The translations under genes were made by a program, and so were the position numbers. DNA of 32,000 nt. Origin: Vibrio cholerae ATCC 14035 (GTDB taxonomy: Bacteria; Pseudomonadota; Gammaproteobacteria; Enterobacterales; Vibrionaceae). The DNA lies in assembly GCF_000621645.1 (NCBI RefSeq), contig NZ_JHXR01000003.1, positions 311,670 through 343,669 on the forward strand. Direction: 5' to 3'. Position 1 is the stretch's first letter; every line of letters begins with the position of its first letter. This document shows, piece after piece, positions 25,424 through 32,000 of this stretch. The notes under the pieces were generated by a model, which ran no database searches, was not told the origin of the DNA, and saw nothing but the letters and a program-made list of their open reading frames with translations.

Positions 25424-27298
25424 ATGGCGTCTGATCTTCTGAATGTGGGTACGCAAAGCGTACTGACGGCTCAGAGACAACTCAATACCACAGGTCATAA
25501 CATTTCCAATGTTAATACAGAGGGTTACAGCCGTCAGTCTGTGATCCAAGGGACCAATGCGCCTCGCCAATACGGCGGTGAAACCTATGGTATGGGTGTG
25601 CATGTGGAAAATGTTCGCCGCTCGTGGGATCAATTTGCCGTTAAAGAGCTGAATATTGCCTCTACCGATTACGCTTTTAAGCGAGATACCGAAGAAAATC
25701 TCGATATGCTGTCTAAGCTGCTTTCCTCTGTGGCTTCGAAGAAAATTCCTGAAAACCTCAATGAGTGGTTTGATTCAGTAAAAAGTTTGGCTGATTCGCC
25801 CAATGATCTGGGTGCCCGTAAAGTGGTGCTCGAAAAATCCAAGCTCATTTCACAAAACCTGAATGATTTCCATGAGACGGTTCGTTTACAAAAAGACATT
25901 ACCAACAAAGGGTTAGCTCTTGGCGTAGAACGCATCAACCAACTGGCGTTGGAAATTCGTGATTTGCAGCGTTTGATGATGCGCGTACCAGGGCCACATA
26001 ACGATTTGATGGATAAGCATGAAAAGCTGGTATCCGAACTGTCGCAATACACCAAAGTCACGGTCACGCAAAGAAAACATGGTGAAGGCTTCAACATTCA
26101 TATCGGCAACGGCCACACTTTGGTTTCCGGTACTGAAGCCAGCCAACTGAGAGTGATTGACGGTTTCCCAGATACCCAGCAACACCGTTTAGCCATGGTG
26201 GAAGGCAAGGCGCTCAAAGCCATCTCCGCGCGTGATATTGGCGGCAAGATGGAAGCCATTTTAGATATGCGTGATGAACACATTCCGTACTTGATGGATG
26301 AAGTCGGTCGTCTCGCACTCTCCTTTTCTCATGAAGTGAATACCTTACAGTCACAAGGTTTAGATCTACGTGGCAATGTGGGTAGCGCTCTGTTTACCGA
26401 TGTCAATTTGGACGTCATTGCTCGCTCTCGTGTGGTGACCAACAGTAATTCTAAAGCCGATATGGCGGTATTTATTGAAGATGTTAGCCAGCTCAAAGGT
26501 GGCGAATACTCCATGCAGTACAACGGCAGTGAATTTGTGGTGACTTTGCCTTCAGGCCAACAAACCGTGTTGCCCGTGGTAAAAGGCAATGTGTATGTCG
26601 ATGGCTTACGCGTAGAAGTACGTAACCCGCCCCAAGTCGGGGAGCGAATTTTGGTGCGCCCAACTCGTAACGGTGCCGCTGCCATTCGTTTAGCAACTGA
26701 AGATGCGACAAAAATTGCCGCACAGAGCTTTGAAGCATCGACCACTTTTGCCCAAGGCAAAGCGAAATTTAAGATTTTACAAGCGGGGGATGTTCGCGAA
26801 TTTGAAGTGATTGTCTCGCCAACCGGCGATCAATTCGCGGTGACCGACACCAAAGGCAATATTTTACTTCAGCCTCAGCCTTATCCGCCGACTGGGCCTG
26901 TGACCGTATTGGGCACTACCTTTGAGCTGACAGAAGGTGCGTTACCTAATGATAAGTTCACGGCAAACCTTGTCCCTTCAGAAGGGGATAACGGCAACTT
27001 GCGTAAAATGATCAACATTCAAACCGCAAAACGGATGAATGATAACGAGTCCACCATCATCGATCTTTACCACAACCTCAACACGGATGTGGGGCTAAAA
27101 ATGGCCACCATGACGCGTTTGACCGATGTGGCAAGACTGGAGAAAGAGGCGGCGCAATCGCGCATCGCTTCGATTTCCGGTGTGAACCTTGATGAAGAAG
27201 CCGCCAACATGATGAAATTTCAGCAAGCTTATATGGCTTCCTCACGCATCATTCAGGCCTCGAACGACACTTTCAACACCATTTTGGCGTTGCGATAG
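25424..27298 (+). CDS. flgK: Hook-filament junction protein 1 (HAP1) FlgK
   Basis: 624-aa ORF with N-terminus LNTTGHNISNVNTEGYSRQ and C-terminus SGVNLDEEAANMMKFQQAYMASSRIIQ. Confidence 0.94.
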   Translation: MASDLLNVGTQSVLTAQRQLNTTGHNISNVNTEGYSRQSVIQGTNAPRQYGGETYGMGVHVENVRRSWDQFAVKELNIASTDYAFKRDTEENLDMLSKLLSSVASKKIPENLNEWFDSVKSLADSPNDLGARKVVLEKSKLISQNLNDFHETVRLQKDITNKGLALGVERINQLALEIRDLQRLMMRVPGPHNDLMDKHEKLVSELSQYTKVTVTQRKHGEGFNIHIGNGHTLVSGTEASQLRVIDGFPDTQQHRLAMVEGKALKAISARDIGGKMEAILDMRDEHIPYLMDEVGRLALSFSHEVNTLQSQGLDLRGNVGSALFTDVNLDVIARSRVVTNSNSKADMAVFIEDVSQLKGGEYSMQYNGSEFVVTLPSGQQTVLPVVKGNVYVDGLRVEVRNPPQVGERILVRPTRNGAAAIRLATEDATKIAAQSFEASTTFAQGKAKFKILQAGDVREFEVIVSPTGDQFAVTDTKGNILLQPQPYPPTGPVTVLGTTFELTEGALPNDKFTANLVPSEGDNGNLRKMINIQTAKRMNDNESTIIDLYHNLNTDVGLKMATMTRLTDVARLEKEAAQSRIASISGVNLDEEAANMMKFQQAYMASSRIIQASNDTFNTILALR

Positions 27299-27310
27299 GG
27301 AGATGGGTAA

Positions 27311-28504
27311 ATGTTAAACCGAATCTCTAGCTTCCATAACTACCAAGCGGTTCAGAACGACATCCGTCGTCAGGAATCGAAAGTGTTTAATAACCAAGCG
27401 CAATTGGCGTCTGGTAAGAAGCTGTTGTCAGCGAGTGACAACCCACTGGCGACGCACTACATCCAAAACGTTGGGCAACAAGAAGAGCAGCTGCGTCAGT
27501 ACCTAGATGCGATAGTGCTAGTCCGCAACCGTCTTGAGCATCAAGAAGTCATTATTTCTAATACCGAAGAGTTTTCTGACTCCGCAAAGCGCACTGTGAT
27601 GGAGATGATCAACGGCTCATTGTCACCAGAAGATCGGGTGGCGCGTGCGCGCGTGTTGCAAGAAATGGCCAATAACTTTATTAACCTCGCCAACGTACAA
27701 GATGAATCCGGCAACTATATTTTTGCCGGTACCAAACCCAAAAATCAGCCCTTCTTTCGTGATAACCAAGGCAATGTGACCTACGCGGGGGATGATTATC
27801 AGCGCAAAATGAAGATCTCCAACAGCTTGGAAATTCCATTTAATAACCCAGGCAGCAAAGTGTTTATGGAGATCCCTAATCCTTTTGGCAGCTATGAGCC
27901 CAACTATGCGCTGCAAGAGGGTTCCGAGCTGCTCTTAGAGCGTGCAGTTAACCTCAATCCCGATGATACCGCATCCTATCGTGTAACGTTTGTCGATATG
28001 CCGGAAGGCAAAAATGGCTATCAGTTAGAGCGTAATGGCAGCGTAGTGCAAGCGGGAGAGTTTGATGCGAAAACCGGCATCCAGTTTGAAGAGCTGAATA
28101 TTCAGGTCAAAGGGCAGATCAGCAAAGGGGATGCGATTGAGCTGACGCCTCGCACCACGTTTAGTGTGTTTGATACTTTCCGTGATGCGATTCGCTACGC
28201 CGAAGGGTCGGTATCGGATGCCTCGAATACGGCCAAACTGCATCAGTTAGTTGAAGAATTTCATACCGCCTTTATCCATCTCAATAAAACCAGAACGGAT
28301 ATTGGTGCGCGTTTGAGTACGCTCGATATTCAGGAAGAGCAGCACGAAGATTTCAAAATCAGCCTCGCGAAATCCAAAAGTACCTTTGAGGATCTGGATT
28401 ACGCAGAAGCCGTGATTGAGTTCAACGAGAACTCGCGAGCCCTTGAGGCATCGCAGAAAGCCTTTGGTAAAACGAAAGATCTCACCCTTTTTAACTACAT
28501 CTAA
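27311..28504 (+). CDS. flgL: Hook-filament junction protein 3 (HAP3) FlgL
   Basis: 397-aa ORF 12 nt after flgK, with flagellin-like N- and C-terminal helices (QAQLASGKKLLSASDNPLA ... TDIGARLSTLD). Confidence 0.9.
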   Translation: MLNRISSFHNYQAVQNDIRRQESKVFNNQAQLASGKKLLSASDNPLATHYIQNVGQQEEQLRQYLDAIVLVRNRLEHQEVIISNTEEFSDSAKRTVMEMINGSLSPEDRVARARVLQEMANNFINLANVQDESGNYIFAGTKPKNQPFFRDNQGNVTYAGDDYQRKMKISNSLEIPFNNPGSKVFMEIPNPFGSYEPNYALQEGSELLLERAVNLNPDDTASYRVTFVDMPEGKNGYQLERNGSVVQAGEFDAKTGIQFEELNIQVKGQISKGDAIELTPRTTFSVFDTFRDAIRYAEGSVSDASNTAKLHQLVEEFHTAFIHLNKTRTDIGARLSTLDIQEEQHEDFKISLAKSKSTFEDLDYAEAVIEFNENSRALEASQKAFGKTKDLTLFNYI

Positions 28505-28558
28505 CCTTCAATGCCTTATGCGCTTAAGCCATATGAGCGAAGTGAGTTGAGTAAAAAG

Positions 28559-28574
28559 TGGCACGGAAGTTGCT
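28559..28574 (+). promoter_or_regulatory. Perfect-consensus sigma54 -24/-12 element, distal to flaA
   Basis: TGGCAC-ggaag-TTGCT, 338 nt upstream of the flaA ATG. Confidence 0.6.
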
Positions 28575-28618
28575 AATACAACATTGAGCCTTGGTGAAAA
28601 GTTGTACAGGGTAACCAA

Positions 28619-28667
28619 AGCGGCAAGTCAGCGGCAAAATGGATTGCCGCTCACCGAAATCGGCAAC
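28619..28667 (+). promoter_or_regulatory. Repeat cluster AGCGGCAA x2 direct + TTGCCGCT inverted (candidate bEBP/FlrC enhancer)
   Basis: AGCGGCAA occurs at 28619-28626 and 28630-28637. The inverted copy TTGCCGCT is at 28644-28651 (7-bp inverted repeat with a 6-nt spacer). A related CGGCAAC is at 28661-28667. Confidence 0.35.
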
Positions 28668-28752
28668 TTTGAGTGGCTGATTGAATTAGATAGACAATGT
28701 AACTCATTGAAAATAAGCGATGTATATCAATGGGTGTCAAAGAAAATAAAGT

Positions 28753-28768
28753 TGGCACACTAATTGAA
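28753..28768 (+). promoter_or_regulatory. sigma54 -24/-12 element, proximal to flaA
   Basis: TGGCAC-actaa-TTGAA has a perfect -24, but the -12 reads GA instead of GC. It lies 144 nt upstream of the flaA ATG. Confidence 0.5.
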
Positions 28769-28911
28769 TAAAGTACATCAGAGTTGTTGTAACCGGTTTT
28801 TAAATCCGCCTTTGGGCCGATTTGGCAAGTTATTCACGGTCAGTGCTTCCAAAAGAGACCAAAGCTGACCGCTTCGCAAATGAGCTTGCGAACTCGATAG
28901 GAGAGCAAACT

Positions 28912-30051
28912 ATGACCATTAACGTAAATACCAACGTGTCGGCGATGACCGCACAACGTTATCTGACCAAGGCGACGGGAGAGCTTAACACCTCCATGGA
29001 ACGCCTCTCATCAGGTAATCGCATTAACAGTGCAAAAGATGACGCGGCAGGCCTGCAGATTTCAAACCGTTTAACGGCGCAATCTCGTGGTTTGGATGTG
29101 GCAATGCGTAACGCCAACGATGGTATTTCGATTGCTCAAACCGCAGAAGGTGCGATGAATGAATCGACCAGCATTTTGCAGCGTATGCGTGACCTCGCCT
29201 TACAATCGGCGAACGGTACCAACTCAGCGTCAGAGCGTCAGGCTCTGAATGAAGAGTCGGTGGCACTGCAAGATGAACTGAACCGTATCGCTGAAACCAC
29301 GTCATTTGGTGGTCGTAAGCTACTCAATGGTTCGTTTGGTGAAGCTTCGTTCCAAATCGGTTCTAGCTCGGGTGAAGCGATCATTATGGGACTGACCAGT
29401 GTACGTGCTGATGATTTCCGCATGGGTGGCCAATCCTTTATTGCCGAACAACCTAAGACTAAAGAGTGGGGGGTACCACCTACCGCTCGTGACCTGAAGT
29501 TTGAATTCACCAAGAAAGACGGTGAGGCAGTCGTGCTTGATATCATTGCCAAAGATGGTGATGACATTGAAGAGCTGGCCACTTACATCAACGGTCAAAC
29601 GGATCTGTTCAAAGCTTCGGTTGACCAAGAAGGCAAACTGCAGATTTTTGTTGCTGAACCCAATATTGAAGGCAACTTCAATATCTCCGGTGGTTTGGCA
29701 ACCGAACTTGGCCTCAATGGTGGCCCTGGTGTGAAAACCACAGTTCAAGACATTGATATCACCAGTGTCGGTGGTTCACAGAACGCCGTGGGTATCATCG
29801 ATGCCGCATTAAAATACGTCGATTCGCAACGAGCTGACCTCGGTGCTAAACAGAACCGACTCAGTCACAGCATCAGTAACCTGTCGAATATTCAGGAGAA
29901 CGTGGAAGCGTCGAAAAGTCGGATTAAAGATACGGATTTTGCGAAGGAAACAACGCAACTTACCAAATCTCAGATTCTGCAACAGGCGGGGACTTCAATT
30001 CTTGCCCAAGCGAAACAGTTGCCAAACTCTGCAATCTCGTTATTGCAGTAG
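28912..30051 (+). CDS. flaA: Polar flagellin, core/essential paralog (379 aa)
   Basis: The true start is [18 protein letters not shown] at 28912 with AGGAGA RBS (ataggagagcaaactATG). The track's 28822 start is an upstream extension. It has flagellin D0/D1 termini ([25 protein letters not shown] ... [25 protein letters not shown]). The 379-aa length and the sigma54-type upstream elements match V. cholerae flaA. Confidence 0.88.
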
Positions 30052-30247
30052 TTCACGGTACCTTCATTAATGAGCTCAGACGTGGGTATGTAATGAAGGG
30101 ACTTTGGCAAAGTATGGTTATGGAATGTTAGGCGAGCTCTCTCACTCAAACTGCTCATCTAGCCCCACATAATCATGCGCCCCTAATGGTTAGCCGAAAT
30201 GTGTTCATTTCTCTTGATCTCCACATTGGCGATGGCTACCACCAAAT

Positions 30248-30290
30248 AGCCCCGGTTCTCTCAAAGGAAAAGGGGCTTTTCTTTTTTCTG
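30248..30290 (+). terminator. Rho-independent terminator ~200 nt after the flaA stop
   Basis: AGCCCC-18 nt-GGGGCT followed by tttcttttttctg. Confidence 0.6.
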
Positions 30291-30484
30291 CGTTTTACCC
30301 CCACCTTTATCTTTCCTACTTTTTCCTATCATCCGCTGAAGAACGGTTCTCGAAGCGTGAGTGGATGCCCCCGGCCATTGTGGATAAAACTTGAGCCTAT
30401 CAGCCTGATATTTATGTGATTTGTGTTATATCTCTCAAGATGCATAGATTTCAGAGGGTTTAGGGCAAAAAAACATCTTTTTGC

Positions 30485-30511
30485 TAAAGGATTTATTCAA
30501 CGAGTCGCTAA
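30485..30511 (+). promoter_or_regulatory. sigma28 (FliA) promoter of flaC
   Basis: TAAAGGAT-N11-GTCGCTAA has canonical spacing and a 6/8 -10. It lies ~95 nt upstream of the flaC ATG. Confidence 0.55.
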
Positions 30512-30605
30512 TAGAGGTAACTTTGAGAGAACTGCTTGGTTTTCCGAGACGTCGGAGACCGTTTGGGAGTTCCGCTACGTCGGAAAATCAATAGGAGATA
30601 CCACT

Positions 30606-31739
30606 ATGGCGGTGAATGTAAACACCAACGTGTCAGCAATGACAGCACAACGGTACTTGACGAGTGCAACCAATGCACAACAATCGTCAATGGAACGTCT
30701 ATCTTCAGGATACAAAATTAACAGCGCAAAAGACGATGCGGCCGGTCTGCAGATCTCTAACCGCTTGAACGTGCAAAGCCGAGGTTTAGGTGTCGCCGTT
30801 CGTAACGCCAACGATGGTATTTCGATGGCGCAAACCGCGGAAGGGGCAATGAAAGAGACCACCAACATCTTACAACGTATGCGTGATCTCTCCTTGCAAT
30901 CAGCAAACGGTTCGAACTCAAAAGCTGACCGTGTTGCGATTCAAGAAGAAATTACCGCGTTGAATGATGAGCTTAATCGTGTGGCCGAAACCACCTCTTT
31001 CGGAGGTAACAAGCTGCTCAACGGTACATTCGCAACCAAATCATTCCAGATTGGTGCGGATAACGGTGAAGCGGTAATGCTTAACATCAAAGATATGCGC
31101 AGCGATAACGCTTTGATGGGAGGTAAAACCTATCAAGCGGCTAACGGTAAAGACAAAAACTGGGGCGTGGAAGCGGGTAAAACCGATCTGACCATCACTC
31201 TGAAAGACAAACGCGAAGGCGATGTCACCATTTCGATCAATGCGAAAGAAGGGGATGATATCGAAGAGCTGGCCACTTACATCAACGGTCAAACCGACAT
31301 GATCAAAGCATCGGTGGATGAAGAAGGTAAGTTACAGCTATTCACTGATAACAACCGAATCGATGGTGCTGCGACCTTTGGTGGCGCACTTGCCGGTGAG
31401 TTAGGTATCGGTGCTGCGCAAGACGTGACGGTTGATACTCTGGATGTCACTACGGTTGGTGGTGCACAAGAGAGTGTGGCGATTGTCGATGCTGCCTTGA
31501 AATATGTGGATAGCCATCGTGCTGAACTCGGTGCATTCCAAAACCGATTCAACCACGCTATCAACAACTTAGATAACATTAACGAAAACGTGAATGCGTC
31601 TAAGAGCCGGATCAAAGATACAGACTTTGCCAAAGAAACGACTGCACTGACCAAGGCGCAGATCCTTTCTCAAGCATCAAGTTCTGTTCTCGCACAAGCC
31701 AAGCAGGCACCCAACTCAGCACTGGCTCTTCTAGGCTAG
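30606..31739 (+). CDS. flaC: Polar flagellin paralog (377 aa)
   Basis: The true start is [18 protein letters not shown] at 30606 (aataggagataccactATG). The track's 30423 start is an upstream extension. The flagellin termini are conserved and the central domain has diverged from flaA. The length and the sigma28-type promoter fit flaC. Confidence 0.85.
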
Positions 31740-31753
31740 TTCGAGTTGATAGG

Positions 31754-31781
31754 AAAAAACCCAGCTGCAGCTGGGTTTTTT
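31754..31781. terminator. Strong bidirectional terminator after flaC
   Basis: aaaaaACCCAGCTGCAGCTGGGTtttttt is a perfect 20-nt palindrome flanked by an A-run and a T-run. Confidence 0.85.
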
Positions 31782-31782
31782 A

Positions 31783-32000
31783 TTGTCATCCCTAAACCAC
31801 CGCTTTTAGCGGTGGTGATTGTCCCTAGGGGCTTTTGCCCGAAAATGCGCCCATGTTAGAAGACAAACTCTTATTCACCATAAGTAAGAGGATTCAAATA
31901 ACATGGGCGACTACAGAAGTTCATCACACGTCTATTGGCGTTGCAAATATCATATCGTTTGGACACCAAAATTTCGTTTTAAGATCTTAAAAGGTAATGT
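31783..32000 (+). mobile_element. Left end of an IS200/IS605-family element (IS1004-like), truncated by the window edge; left boundary approximate
   Basis: An 8-bp-stem hairpin CCACCGCT-ttt-AGCGGTGG (31797-31815) and a second small hairpin GGGC-tttt-GCCC precede the tnpA start. This resembles the structured left ends of IS200-type elements. Confidence 0.7.
31903..32000 (+). CDS. tnpA: IS200-family Y1 transposase TnpA, N-terminal 32 codons only (partial)
   Basis: My own translation gives MGDYRSSSHVYWRCKYHIVWTPKFRFKILKGN. This matches the IS200 TnpA N-terminus pattern (..H..W.CKYHIV..PKYR...). The RBS AAGAGGA lies 9 nt upstream. Confidence 0.8.
   Translation, partial: MGDYRSSSHVYWRCKYHIVWTPKFRFKILKGN

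Noticed and set aside
25669-26760. Antisense ORFs of 142-143 aa inside flgK (25669-26097, 26329-26760), plus similar ones in viuA, vibF, flgT, flgI and the flagellins
   Set aside because: All lie opposite strongly supported genes, lack RBSs, and have low-complexity Ser/Arg/Cys-rich translations.
28801-28823. TAAA...GCCGATTT, a possible sigma28 promoter just upstream of flaA
   Set aside because: The spacer between the TAAA-containing -35 octamer and the GCCGATTT -10 is 7 nt, against the canonical 11. It is incompatible with FliA recognition as normally defined.
28822-28911. N-terminal extensions of the flagellin ORFs in the ORF track (28822-28911 for flaA; 30423-30605 for flaC)
   Set aside because: The conserved flagellin N-terminus M-x-(I/V)[15 protein letters not shown] starts at internal ATGs preceded by AGGAGA RBSs. 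The extensions start at non-ATG codons and run through the promoter regions.
30186-30419. 77-aa ORF in the flaA-flaC spacer
   Set aside because: It spans the flaA terminator hairpin and T-run (which encodes the FFFL stretch) and has no RBS. It is likely non-coding.
1-32000. Whole-window look for CRISPR repeats, tRNA/rRNA, phage/integrase genes, toxin-antitoxin pairs, or an unassigned multi-gene cluster that could be a novel system
   Set aside because: I saw no regularly spaced direct repeats, no tRNA-like cloverleaf regions and no unassigned ORF cluster. The intergenic space is accounted for by promoters, terminators, ERIC-like repeats and one IS end. I scanned by eye, so short or degenerate elements could have been missed.

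Overview
This 32-kb window is completely tiled by recognisable genes. It reads as a Vibrio cholerae-type large-chromosome segment. From memory it matches the N16961 interval from about VC2211 down to VC2187, but I cannot verify locus tags here. The left 11.3 kb is a Fur-regulated vibriobactin module: viuA (TonB-dependent receptor), viuB (siderophore-interacting reductase) and the ~2,415-codon NRPS vibF (Cy-Cy-A-C-PCP-C). The remaining ~20 kb is the polar-flagellum region: flgT(-), flgO-flgP(+), flgN-flgM-flgA(-), cheV-cheR(+), flgBCDE, flgFGHIJ, flgKL, then two flagellin paralogs (flaA, flaC). At the right edge is the left end of an IS200/IS605-family (IS1004-like) element with the first 32 codons of tnpA. 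I saw no tRNA, rRNA, CRISPR array, prophage or defence-island content. I do not find a convincing undescribed protein-coding system: every long ORF that is not an antisense shadow has a textbook assignment. What deserves a second look is the non-coding architecture. (i) By-eye matches define candidate promoters: nine sigma54 (-24/-12) and three sigma28. They include tandem sigma54 elements upstream of flgB and flaA, and two cases where divergent promoters would give 5'-overlapping antisense transcripts (flgT/flgO, and cheV/flgA with the sigma28 promoter inside the flgA signal-peptide codons). (ii) A triple AGCGGCAA repeat lies between the two flaA sigma54 elements. (iii) ERIC/IRU-like repeats bracket viuA-viuB. 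(iv) A 32-nt block is identical in the otherwise diverged central domains of flaA and flaC. (v) flaA has a ~200-nt 3' UTR-like tail. (vi) The IS sits directly behind the flaC terminator. All promoter, terminator and repeat calls are manual pattern matches, not computed scores.
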